Below are positions 8,340-17,324 of a DNA stretch of 24,000 bases, one piece after another. The first letter of the stretch is position 1. Each line of letters starts with the position of its first letter. The stretch is from Candidatus Culexmicrobium cathedralense (GTDB lineage Archaea > Thermoproteota > Methanomethylicia > Culexarchaeales > Culexmicrobiaceae), in the NCBI GenBank assembly GCA_025061115.1, contig JANZKC010000002.1:26509-50508 (forward strand), given 5' to 3'. The notes below the pieces were generated by a model that did no database searches, was not told where the DNA came from, and saw only the letters and a list, made by a program, of their open reading frames with translations. The translations under genes were made by a program, and so were the position numbers.

Positions 8340-8854
8340 CAGCTTGCCAATGCATAATATAGAAGTGAAAATGCAAATGCGCAAACCGCAAAGTTAGCTA
8401 AATGATTATCATACCTTACATTTGCAATTTTAAAGTCCATTCCATGCTTAATAAAGAAATCCAATGTGAAACCAATAGTTCTAACTCCAGAAGGATTTAG
8501 CGCATCCAAAAGCCAGTGAAGAAAGACAGCTAAAGCAGCAACTACGGGATTAAAGCGAATCAAATACGCAACTATTGGAGCCAATGCAGTAAACGTATAA
8601 ACGCTATGCGTTAACCCGCACCTATGCTGAATTAACCCCTTAAACAAGTGGTCAAAATCAGGAGCTATACCAAATATTGCACCCTGAACTCCAAGAGAAA
8701 TAAACGAAAGATCAACAAATGAAGCTAAATCGGATTGAATATCAACTTCAAACCCATATAGAAGCTTAGCTAGAATTACAGAAAAAGTCCAGCCCACAAC
8801 TAAATGCGTGTACTTCTGCATTACAATCTCCACAAATGAGAAGCAGGTAAGCAC
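8339..8854 (-). CDS. Membrane-bound metal-dependent hydrolase, DUF457 / YdjM-like
   Basis: Hydrophobic ORF with THLVVGW near the N-terminus, IAPDFDHL, and HRCGLTHS, as in the DUF457 family. The track start is GTG 8854. ATG 8821 (MQKYTHLVVGW...) is the more likely start, giving 160 aa. Confidence 0.65.
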   Translation of the reverse strand: MLTCFSFVEIVMQKYTHLVVGWTFSVILAKLLYGFEVDIQSDLASFVDLSFISLGVQGAIFGIAPDFDHLFKGLIQHRCGLTHSVYTFTALAPIVAYLIRFNPVVAALAVFLHWLLDALNPSGVRTIGFTLDFFIKHGMDFKIANVRYDNHLANFAVCAFAFSLLYYALAS

Positions 8855-9228
8855 TTATTAAATTTTGGAAGTTAATGGTGCAACCTTAATTTGAAACTTT
8901 TAAAAAGGCTTGATTTGAAGGTGCCCTAGAACCTACCTCCTAAAAAGACTTAGAAGCAGCTGAGCAGTATAGGGAAGAGATCGAGAGCCTGTCTTGCAAC
9001 GTTAAATAAATTAGTTAACTAAGGAATTCATAGGTAATGAAATTTACAAGCAGTTTTTAGCTTAGGTAGCTAGAGAGCTCCTTTAAGTTAGTGGTTTTCC
9101 ATTCCGTTAGTTTAGTTACTCTAGATGTTTAAAATAACTATGGACGCTGAGTTAGGAGAACGTTATCTCGTTCATATTGCAGTCTGATATCTGCTATAAT
9201 TGGCCGTTGAGTTGGCTTAGAAAATTAC

Positions 9229-10062
9229 TTAAAATATGTTATTGTTTTTGGGTTTTATTTTGAATTGGCAGTATGGATCTCCTCTTGCTATGCATTTGGT
9301 TTCGATGGCGATTACTTCCTTATTAAAGAAGCTGCCAAACCATCCTGCCATCATTCCTCTAACGAGGTGTGATTCTGGCTTGTTAGATCCTTTGAAGAGT
9401 TCACATTCGAAGCCGTCATATATTTTCACCGTTGCTTCGCATTTATCTAAATCATAGTATTCAACTTTCATAATTCCGCTTCCTGCATGTTGGAATAAGG
9501 TCTGTGCAGTCTTAATCAGCTTCTCCGGATTCCTCCCCGCAATCTTTTTATGCGATTCATACGCTAATCGTCCAATCTCATATCCCGCGAGGTAAAGGAT
9601 CATATCATATCCGGTGCCTATCTTCTCCCTCAGCACTTTACTTAATGCTAAGTAGTTTCTCTTGTAAAATATAATTGCCCTTTCACCGCCAACCATAAAT
9701 GGGAAGAAGTAGGAATCAATTGTGAAGCCATCGAACAATGGAGTAATAATCCTAACATCCTTAACGTATGACAGCCTCCTCAAAATTGTGAGAAGATTAA
9801 AAGCGACGTTCACGTCTCGCCCACTTAAATCAATAAAGACAACCGCATGAGACTTCCCTTTAGGATTAAAAGAGACAGCAAGATGAATGATCGGAATACC
9901 TCTTGAAGAAAAGGCCTTAGTAATTTGCCCCAAAATACCAGCATGATAAATCGCCCTCTCATCCAATACAAAATGAAAACCATAAACAGTCCTATTGGGA
10001 AAATGAACAAACAACTGAAAATTAAAGGGAACCTCCCCTTCAACCAAACCTATCATATCCAA
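9229..10062 (-). CDS. ACT-like domain fused to a V4R (4-vinyl reductase type) small-molecule-binding domain
   Basis: 277-aa ORF. The C-terminus (ATVKIYDGFECELFKGSNKPESHLVRGMMAGWFGSFFNKEVIAIETKCIARGDPYCQFKI) has the V4R pattern of conserved Cys and Gly. The N-terminal ~100 aa (AGILGQITKAFSSRGIPIIHLAVSF...AVVFIDLSG) look ACT-like. A GGAGGT site lies 6 nt upstream of TTG 10062. ATG 10056 is an alternative start. Confidence 0.65.
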   Translation of the reverse strand: MDMIGLVEGEVPFNFQLFVHFPNRTVYGFHFVLDERAIYHAGILGQITKAFSSRGIPIIHLAVSFNPKGKSHAVVFIDLSGRDVNVAFNLLTILRRLSYVKDVRIITPLFDGFTIDSYFFPFMVGGERAIIFYKRNYLALSKVLREKIGTGYDMILYLAGYEIGRLAYESHKKIAGRNPEKLIKTAQTLFQHAGSGIMKVEYYDLDKCEATVKIYDGFECELFKGSNKPESHLVRGMMAGWFGSFFNKEVIAIETKCIARGDPYCQFKIKPKNNNIF

Positions 10063-10763
10063 TTTTAAACCTCCACGAAATAATGTATAAGATATATTTT
10101 TAACAATTTATCTTACAAAATCATTTAGCCTAGGATACAATTAAATAGTTGTCCATTATGCTTAATATTTCACATAAGACATACTTTTGCACTTGTTACC
10201 TTCACTTTCTTTTCCTTTCAGGATGCCTGTCTTATAGGAGTGTGACTGCATTACATAACGCATGAATCTTCGGATGGGACTTACAGCTACAATGCTTTGA
10301 GTGATCATCATGTTCCATTTAGGTTGAATTGCACGGCTGTGATTTTCTACAATTACTTAACTACCGCTCCCTATCAACACCATCCAATGTCTGAGAGAAT
10401 CCTAAGGAGAATTCATTCGAGAAAATTGAGATTAGAAATGGCGGGAGTTAAATTAAATGTCTAAGTAATAAGGATCTCAATAGGCTACTTAAAACGGCTA
10501 GAGAAACATATGCATTTAAAGAACAACTAAATAATTTATCAAAGTAAATTATAGCATAAAGCAAAATCCAATAAACTCTTTATTGCATAAAATTATTATT
10601 TCTTAGTGTTTCACTTACTTTCTGCTTAGCAGTCGTTTTACTTTGAATTCTCTAAATACATTCTATGTTTACAGCATCCCTCGATCGTAGAACGTATTTA
10701 AATCACCACCGAAATACCATTAAGTACTTAAAATTCCCTTCAAAATCCATTCTAGTGGAGAGT

Positions 10764-12014
10764 ATGCCAGCTAGAATCTCGCCAACATTATGCGCGCAGT
10801 GTAAGGGAAGTCGAAGGCTTTGTGGGAGAATTAAGTGTCCAATATTAGTTAGACTTGAAGCTCAATTGGATCTCGAGGAAAAGCTAAGGCGAAATGTAGT
10901 TTTTGGAGCAACGCCGCCGGAGATTCTTGTTGGAGAATTTGGGTACCCTGAAGTTAGAGTCGGTCCTTTAATACCTCCAATTCTTGATGATGAAGTCGCA
11001 GCAGAATACGGAAATCCTTCGAAATGGTATGGCAAAAAGCTTGAGGATATCATTAAGATTAGATCTAAAATTGTAAGAGCAAGTTTTAAAGTTAAGGTTA
11101 GAGAAGCCTCAACGCTAAGTAGTAGGCTTTTAAATTTAACTCAAGAGTTAGCAATGTCCATTAAGCCAGTCGATACTGAAGCGCACTTCCGTAAGCCTCC
11201 AACGCCGAGAATAGCTTTTGACGGAGTATTATCTCCAATTGGCCCATCAGCTAACATTAGGAAGTTAATTATCGCAGAAAATCCATCAGTTCCAAAGCGA
11301 GTCGAACAGGCAATATATGATTATGATGCTAGAGCCAGCATAATTGTTGGAGAGCTCTACGACAGAGGATACTCAAACTATTATTTAACACAACTATTAA
11401 CAGCAGGGCTTCTCGGCCAAAGACGCGAAAGACGCATAGTACCAACTCGATGGGGAATAACAGCCGTAGACTCCATAATTGGAGATCACATCCTAGAGAA
11501 AATTAGGGATTATCAAGAGCTCAACCAAATACTACTATACTCAAACAGCTACCTCGACAATCACTACTACATTCTACTAATGCCAGGAGCGTATGCATTT
11601 GAAATGATCGAAATCTGGCTTCCACAGACAGTTTGGGTAAAAGAGGTCAAACCCTACATAGTAGAAAACTTCGAACTATACGATGGTAAGTGGAGGAGGA
11701 GCGACATAGACGGAGGATACAAGGCAATGCGACTGGCTGTACTAGAACATTTAAACAAGATTAAAAGGCAAGCAATGACCCTAGCAGTAAGGGAAATAGG
11801 TCCAGGATATTACTGCCCAGTTGGCGTTTGGCAAGTTAGAGAGGGGATGAGAAAAGCATTTCTGAAAAAGCCACAGAGATTCTCCAGCATAGATGAAGCA
11901 CTAAAAATTATTCAAACAAAAATTAGAGTAAAGCCTCAATACTGGATTAATGAAGCGCGAATTGTGAAGTTATTCAAGTTTCAAAGAAAAATAACATCAT
12001 ATTTTAAGCAATAA
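10764..12014 (+). CDS. nreA: Archaeal Nre-family DNA repair protein (DUF650/DUF651) with a C-terminal PIP box
   Basis: The N-terminal CAQCKGSRRLCGRIKCPIL cysteine cluster and overall length fit the Nre family. The likely start is ATG 10764 (MPARISPTLCAQCKG); the track start 10665 adds 33 unlikely residues. The last residues QRKITSYF (11982..12005) fit the PIP consensus Q-x-x-[ILM]-x-x-[FY]-[FY]. Confidence 0.7.
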   Translation: MPARISPTLCAQCKGSRRLCGRIKCPILVRLEAQLDLEEKLRRNVVFGATPPEILVGEFGYPEVRVGPLIPPILDDEVAAEYGNPSKWYGKKLEDIIKIRSKIVRASFKVKVREASTLSSRLLNLTQELAMSIKPVDTEAHFRKPPTPRIAFDGVLSPIGPSANIRKLIIAENPSVPKRVEQAIYDYDARASIIVGELYDRGYSNYYLTQLLTAGLLGQRRERRIVPTRWGITAVDSIIGDHILEKIRDYQELNQILLYSNSYLDNHYYILLMPGAYAFEMIEIWLPQTVWVKEVKPYIVENFELYDGKWRRSDIDGGYKAMRLAVLEHLNKIKRQAMTLAVREIGPGYYCPVGVWQVREGMRKAFLKKPQRFSSIDEALKIIQTKIRVKPQYWINEARIVKLFKFQRKITSYFKQ

Positions 12015-12081
12015 GCAAAATTGTTCTAGAAAAATTGTTGCATATATTAATAATCTTAAAGTTGATGCGAAAGAATCCATA

Positions 12082-13794
12082 TTATGAGATGATGAATGGA
12101 CGCTTAATTTTCTTCCTAACTTCATTTAGTTCAGCATTAATTCTATTTAGGAAGTCATCCGGGAGCTTCTTGAAAAGCAGTTTTGGTTTGGCAATCTCAT
12201 GGCCAGGTTTTAAAGTTAGCTTTGCCGCGTAATCCCACCTGGAATCATGAACCGAGCCTTCCAACTTAAGAAGAGACCACAATTTTTCAGCTGTAAAAGG
12301 CATGAAGGGCTCCATTAAGATTGCTAAGGACTTCACTGCGTTGGCGGCAAGCCAAAGCGTAGTGGATGCATCTTTCAAATTCACCTTGATTTTGCGCCAC
12401 GGCTCTTTTACATTTATATACTGATTGCCTTGCCTTGAAAACTCCAGAAGAGCTTCAGCCGCTAGCTTTAACCTCATATTCATAATGAGCCCACCAATTT
12501 TTGATGGCGCTCTCTCAATTTTCTTGACGAAATCCTCATCTTCAACATCGAATTCAGCTGGCTCCGGAACTTTTGCTTTGAAGTACCTATAAATGAAAGT
12601 GAGCGTCCTATGCACAAAATTTCCAAGGTTATCGTTTAGCTCAGCATTGACTATCCTATAGAAGTCCTTCCAAGTGAAGTTTAGATCCCTAACTTCAGGC
12701 CTCATCATTATGAGAGCGAATCGCCAATAGTCAGCCTCAAAAAGCTCCAGCGCTTCATCTAACCATACACCTATGCCTCTACTTTTGCTAAACGCTTGAC
12801 CTTCAAACATCAAGTACTCTATGGCAGATATTTGCCAGGGAAGCACGTAGTTTTCACCCGAAGCGATAAGCATGGCTGGAAGGATGATTGCATGAAAGGG
12901 AATGTTATCTTTACCAATAAAGTACACTGTTCTAGCATCACTATTTAGCCAAAACTCCTTCCACCTATCTGGCTCACCTTGATTTATGAAGTATTGTAAA
13001 GTAGCTGAAAGATAGCCTAGCAGCGCTTCAAACCACACATAAATTGTTTTACCTTCAGCACCTGGGAAGGGAGCTGGAATTCCCCACTCATTATCCCTAG
13101 TTACCGATCTGGCCTTCAAACCCTCCTTTAGCCATGACTTACAGTAATTTTTAACGTTATCCGGAAAACGCGGGTGATTCTCTACAAATTCAGCTAGCCT
13201 ACTGGTGAGCTTAGGCAAGTCAAAAAACCAGTGCTTAGTCGACTTAATGATTGGAGGCGACTTGCAGAAAACGCAGTAAGGATCAATAAGGTCAAGTGGG
13301 TCTAGAAGCCTTCCACAATTATCGCATTGATCTCCCCTAGCTGACGGATAACCACAATATGGGCATTTCCCTTCCACAAACCTATCTGGAAGAAAAGTCT
13401 TACAGTTTTCGCAGTAAGGCAGGCTCACATTTTTCTCATAAACATAGCCATTTTCATAGAGTTTCATGAAGAACTTTCTAACAAAGTCTATGTGAACTGG
13501 GTTTTCAGTTCTTGTGTAATTGTCGTAGCTTATTCCAAACTTCTTAAAAAGCTCTACAACATAGTTATGCAACTCATCCGTTAAGACTTTAGGCGAAATG
13601 TTCCTCCTTCTAGCTTCAACCTCGATTGGAGTACCATGCTCATCAGAGCCACTTACAAAAACAACTTCCTCTCCTTTAAGCCGAAGATATCTGGCTAATA
13701 CATCCGGTGAAACTACGCATGCAATTAAAGTACCTAAGTGTGGAATAGCATTAACGTATGGCCATGCTCCGCATATCACCCATTTTCCCATCAC
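12082..13794 (-). CDS. metG: Methionyl-tRNA synthetase
   Basis: 570-aa ORF. HIGH-type motif AIPHLGT, zinc knuckles CENC...CPYCG and CDNCG...CVFC, and a KMSKS-type motif AFSKSRG. Start is GTG 13794 or ATG 13791. Confidence 0.92.
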   Translation of the reverse strand: MMGKWVICGAWPYVNAIPHLGTLIACVVSPDVLARYLRLKGEEVVFVSGSDEHGTPIEVEARRRNISPKVLTDELHNYVVELFKKFGISYDNYTRTENPVHIDFVRKFFMKLYENGYVYEKNVSLPYCENCKTFLPDRFVEGKCPYCGYPSARGDQCDNCGRLLDPLDLIDPYCVFCKSPPIIKSTKHWFFDLPKLTSRLAEFVENHPRFPDNVKNYCKSWLKEGLKARSVTRDNEWGIPAPFPGAEGKTIYVWFEALLGYLSATLQYFINQGEPDRWKEFWLNSDARTVYFIGKDNIPFHAIILPAMLIASGENYVLPWQISAIEYLMFEGQAFSKSRGIGVWLDEALELFEADYWRFALIMMRPEVRDLNFTWKDFYRIVNAELNDNLGNFVHRTLTFIYRYFKAKVPEPAEFDVEDEDFVKKIERAPSKIGGLIMNMRLKLAAEALLEFSRQGNQYINVKEPWRKIKVNLKDASTTLWLAANAVKSLAILMEPFMPFTAEKLWSLLKLEGSVHDSRWDYAAKLTLKPGHEIAKPKLLFKKLPDDFLNRINAELNEVRKKIKRPFIIS

Positions 13795-13837
13795 TTATCT
13801 CCTCGCGGCTCGCATAATTTAAGTGCGTTAGAAAAAA

Positions 13838-14710
13838 TTAAGTATTACTGGGCTCCTGAGAAGCGGCAGGCTCCATGAGCTTTCTCTTAAACCTAACTGC
13901 GCCAGATTTTACGTGAGGAGTGCGAATCACCGAGTCAATTGACTTTTCAATTTCCCTAGCTTCATCAGCGAGCTTCGCTGCAAATCTCATTAGCTCATGT
14001 GCAGCAGCAACAATTGGAATATACTGCTCCCTACGCTTAAGTACGTAGCATCCCCTCGTCGATAGGCGAGCAACTCTTCTAGCAGCTTCATAGCACGCAA
14101 TGGCCTTGGCTCTCGCGTATGGGTTTGTGAAGCCCCCATAATTGTTCACTACGAATTCCGCTGAACCAATTATTTTTGGAAGATCAACTTTACCTCCAGA
14201 CTTAATTTGACTTATAATGCGGTCAATTTCACTGACAATCATCCTAAACACGCCAGCTACTGCAAGAACCCTTAAGACATCGCTGTTGAATAGCACCATT
14301 TCAGTCGCATCCAAGAAATCCCTTCTAGCACCAATCATGGAGTCAGCTTCAACAATTATGTACCCAAATCCCTCAGACTCAAGCTCATCGGCAACTTTCT
14401 TGGCAGGCTCATCAGATATTATAATGATTGAAGCGTTAGGCAACCTTTTCCTCAATTCCCTTCTACCAGCAGTCGGCCCTTCGAGAGCAGCATTTGGAGT
14501 AACAACTACTACTAGTTGAGGCTCAAACCTTGCAGCTTCAACTGAAACTTCAATACAGTCCTCTGGACTCATTTTACCGCCAGTGGAGTACACTCTAACT
14601 TTAATGTCCTCCCTATTAGAACGCTCGTCCAAAGCTATCTCTAGTAGGGGAGAGCAACCTATGCAGCCAAACTTGACAACCGCAATTCTAACTGGCTCCA
14701 AATCATTCAC
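13838..14710 (-). CDS. mtd: F420-dependent methylene-tetrahydromethanopterin dehydrogenase (Mtd) homologue
   Basis: Collinear similarity to methanogen Mtd as I recall it. VKFGCIGCSPLLEIALDERSNREDIKVRV..GGKMSPED parallels IKCGN.GTS...D.LLDERADR. GFGYIIVEADSMIGARRDFLDATEM..FNSDVLRVLAVAGVFR parallels GLGYI.VK.D.M.GARREFLDP.EM. A further block is YIPIVAAAHELMRFAAKLADEAREIEKSIDSVIRTPH. The track start is GTG 14710. TTG 14701, preceded by GGGGTGA plus 4 nt, is an alternative. Confidence 0.85.
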   Translation of the reverse strand: MNDLEPVRIAVVKFGCIGCSPLLEIALDERSNREDIKVRVYSTGGKMSPEDCIEVSVEAARFEPQLVVVVTPNAALEGPTAGRRELRKRLPNASIIIISDEPAKKVADELESEGFGYIIVEADSMIGARRDFLDATEMVLFNSDVLRVLAVAGVFRMIVSEIDRIISQIKSGGKVDLPKIIGSAEFVVNNYGGFTNPYARAKAIACYEAARRVARLSTRGCYVLKRREQYIPIVAAAHELMRFAAKLADEAREIEKSIDSVIRTPHVKSGAVRFKRKLMEPAASQEPSNT

Positions 14711-14791
14711 CCCCCTAAATTAGCTTTCTAAAAATATAAGTATATGAGTGTAAGATTTGGTGAAAGTGACTGAATTTACGGAGGTTTGCGG
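14711..14791. promoter_or_regulatory. Divergent promoter region between mtd (-) and fhs (+)
   Basis: 81-bp spacer with a central AT-rich TATA-like block (CTAAAAATATAAGTATAT, about 14728..14745) usable in either orientation. A GGAGGT SD at 14781..14786 lies 5 nt before fhs ATG 14792, and GGGGGTGA precedes the mtd start. No transcription start data are available. Confidence 0.35.
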
Positions 14792-16444
14792 ATGTCCTCA
14801 TGCGAAATGAAACCAATTATTGAAATAGCTAAAATGCTTGGATTAAGCGAAGACGACATAGAGCTCTACGGCAAGTATAAAGCCAAGATCAAACTTGAGG
14901 TTTATGAGCGATTAAAGAACAAGCCAGACGGGAAACTCATAGTAGTAACAGCAATAACGCCAACCAAAGCAGGCGAAGGAAAAACAACTGTAGCAATAGG
15001 ACTTGGAGAAGCGCTTGGAAAGCTAGGTAAAAAGAATATAGTAGTACTGAGGCAGCCATCACTTGGACCAATTTTTGGAATAAAGGGAAGCGCATGTGGA
15101 GGTGGACGCGCCCAAGTAGTTCCAATGGAAGACATCAGCCTACACTTCACAGGAGACTTGCATGCAATCACAGTTGCGCACGACCTATTAGCTGCAATGC
15201 TAGATAACCACATTTACAGAGGCAATGAACTAAACATCGACATACACAACATCCTACTAAAGAGAGTACTAGATGTCGAAGATAGGCCGCTTAGACATAT
15301 AGTTATAGGACTTGGAGGAAAGTTGGGCGGAATACCCAGAGAAAGCGGCTTCGAAATAACCGCAGCATCAGAGGTAGCTGCAATACACGCACTTGCAGTC
15401 AATTTGAAAGACCTAAAAGAAAGGCTGGCCAGAATGACGATAGCATATACAAAAGATGGAAAGCCAATAACCCCAGCAGACATTAAAGCCCACGGAGCAA
15501 TGACTGCACTCTTAAAAGACACACTAAAGCCAAATCTAGTTCAAACCTTGGAGAATACGCCTGCAATAGTTCACGGAGCACCATTCGCGAACATAGCTCA
15601 CGGCTGCCCCAGCTTAATCGGAATAAAGATGGCGTTAAAGCTCGCAGACTACGTGATTGTAGAGCCAGGATTCGGAGCAGACTTAGGCTTAGAAAAGTTC
15701 TGCGATATAGCTTGCAGAATCGGCAATTTGAAGCCAGATGTAGCAGTCATAGTTACATCAATACGAGCTCTCAAAGTTCATGGAGGAGTTAAATTTAAAG
15801 AAGTAGACAAGCCTAATGTTGAAGCAGTCCGAAAAGGACTTGAAAACCTCGAGAAGCAAGTTGAAAATGCAAGGAAATTCGGACTGCCAGCAGTAGTTGC
15901 GATTAATAGATTCCCAAGCGACACGGATGAAGAGGTAGATTGCGTCAAAAAGTGGTGTGAAGAAAAGAAAATACCAGTAGCAGTAGTTGAAGTATTCCAG
16001 AAAGGCGGGGAAGGAGGAATAAAATTAGCTGAAAAAGTACTCGAATTACTTGAAAAAGAAAAGGCAAACTTCAAATTCCTCTACGACCTAGACATGCCGA
16101 TTGAAGAAAAAATCAAGACAATTGCAAGAGAAATGTATGGAGCTGACGATGTCGAATTCACACCCGAAGCCAAGAAGGCAATAAGAAAGATAAAGAAACT
16201 TGGATTCGACAAACTACCAATAAACATGGCCAAAACACCGCTCTCATTAACCGATAACCCAAAGAAGGTTGGAAGGCCAAAAGGATTCAAAATTAAAATT
16301 ACGGATATAAGGCCATTCACTGGCGCAGGATTCCTCGTAGCATACTGCGGAGAGATTAACACGCTGCCAGCACTGCCGTCAAAGCCAGCAGCAGAGGAAA
16401 TCGACGTTGATGTTGAAACCGGAAGGATAATTGGACTTAGATAG
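14792..16444 (+). CDS. fhs: Formate-tetrahydrofolate ligase (formyl-THF synthetase)
   Basis: About 550-aa ORF with IEIAKMLGLSEDDIELYGKYKAKI, the P-loop TPTKAGEGKTT, and GFGADLGLEKF. The track start is TTG 14786. ATG 14792, just downstream of GGAGGT (14781..14786), is preferred. Confidence 0.92.
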   Translation: MSSCEMKPIIEIAKMLGLSEDDIELYGKYKAKIKLEVYERLKNKPDGKLIVVTAITPTKAGEGKTTVAIGLGEALGKLGKKNIVVLRQPSLGPIFGIKGSACGGGRAQVVPMEDISLHFTGDLHAITVAHDLLAAMLDNHIYRGNELNIDIHNILLKRVLDVEDRPLRHIVIGLGGKLGGIPRESGFEITAASEVAAIHALAVNLKDLKERLARMTIAYTKDGKPITPADIKAHGAMTALLKDTLKPNLVQTLENTPAIVHGAPFANIAHGCPSLIGIKMALKLADYVIVEPGFGADLGLEKFCDIACRIGNLKPDVAVIVTSIRALKVHGGVKFKEVDKPNVEAVRKGLENLEKQVENARKFGLPAVVAINRFPSDTDEEVDCVKKWCEEKKIPVAVVEVFQKGGEGGIKLAEKVLELLEKEKANFKFLYDLDMPIEEKIKTIAREMYGADDVEFTPEAKKAIRKIKKLGFDKLPINMAKTPLSLTDNPKKVGRPKGFKIKITDIRPFTGAGFLVAYCGEINTLPALPSKPAAEEIDVDVETGRIIGLR

Positions 16445-16454
16445 GTGCAAGGAT

Positions 16455-17303
16455 ATGGCAAGAATACTCGACGGAAAAGCTCTTTCCAATAAAATACTAA
16501 ATAACTTGGCCGTTGAAGTTGAAAGGTTGAAGAGGGAAGGAGTAATTCCGAAAATTGCACTCGTACTAGTAGGCGAAGACCCATCATCAAAAACCTATGT
16601 GAAGTTGAAGGCTAGGAGAGCCAAAAAAATTGGAGCTCAATCCGAGGTCCACAATTTACCTGAAAGCATCGGTGAAGAGCAGCTCATAAAACTCATTGAT
16701 AAACTAAGTAGAGATGAAAGCATCCATGGAATAGTCATTCAAATGCCACTTCCAAGCCACATCAACGAAAGGAACGTCATAAATGCACTAGACCCTAAAA
16801 AGGATGTAGATGGCTTACACCCATTAAACCTCGGAAAACTATTGCTGGGGGAAGAATGCCTAGCCTCACCAGCAGCAGAAGGAATAATTGCACTACTAGA
16901 AGAATACGATGTCCCGATTAAAGATCAAGAGGCAGTAATATTGGGTGCCACCGAGCTAACGGGCAAGCCGCTAGCAGCAATGCTAATAAATAAAGGAGCA
17001 GATGTGACAATCTGCCATTCAACATCAACTAGAATTGAAGATTACACCAAAAGGGCAGATATAATAGTTGCTGACATCGCTAAGCCTAAAGCAATCCACG
17101 GCTCAATGATTAAAAGAGGAGCAGCAGTCATAGATTGCGGATTCAACTACATTGAAAATAAGCTGGTAGGCGATGTGGACTTCGAATCAGCCGTGCAAGT
17201 TGCTTCAGCAATCACTCCAGTTCCCGGCGGCGTCGGCCCAATGATCATAGCAATGCTGCTATCTAACCTAATTAAAGCAGTAAAAGCATATTTTCTTACG
17301 TAA
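16455..17303 (+). CDS. folD: Bifunctional methylene-THF dehydrogenase / methenyl-THF cyclohydrolase
   Basis: Family hallmarks: ARILDGKALS...PKIALVLVGEDPSSKTYVKLK...IHGIVIQMPLPSHI...TPVPGGVGPMIIAML. ATG 16455 lies 10 nt after the fhs stop and is preceded by AGGTG. The track start 16431 would overlap fhs. Confidence 0.9.
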   Translation: MARILDGKALSNKILNNLAVEVERLKREGVIPKIALVLVGEDPSSKTYVKLKARRAKKIGAQSEVHNLPESIGEEQLIKLIDKLSRDESIHGIVIQMPLPSHINERNVINALDPKKDVDGLHPLNLGKLLLGEECLASPAAEGIIALLEEYDVPIKDQEAVILGATELTGKPLAAMLINKGADVTICHSTSTRIEDYTKRADIIVADIAKPKAIHGSMIKRGAAVIDCGFNYIENKLVGDVDFESAVQVASAITPVPGGVGPMIIAMLLSNLIKAVKAYFLT

Positions 17304-17324
17304 ATAACAATCAGCCAAGAAAAC

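Noticed and set aside
8932-8949. CCTACCT(CCT)AAAAAGAC is shared between the spacer at 8932..8949 and the spacer at 23144..23158.
   Set aside because: The match is only 15 identical nt with a 3-nt indel, which is within chance expectation for all-against-all comparison of an AT-biased 24-kb window. On the minus strand both copies read as a T5 run, consistent with generic archaeal terminator-like sequence rather than a specific element.
10228-10311. Possible C/D box sRNA on the minus strand: C box AUGAUGA (10311..10305) and D box CUGA (10231..10228).
   Set aside because: The boxes are about 84 nt apart, too long for archaeal C/D sRNAs. The internal D' and C' candidates are only degenerate (CUGU, CGAAGAU). 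The 5' and 3' flanks cannot pair to close a kink-turn.
14902-16590. Five antisense ORFs of 62-169 aa inside fhs, and similar antisense or alternative-frame ORFs inside hypD, mtd, glnA, the aminotransferase, the THUMP gene and gyaR.
   Set aside because: They lie entirely within strongly supported genes on the opposite strand or in another frame. They have low-complexity S/L/P/F-rich composition and no recognisable motifs. They are typical shadow ORFs.
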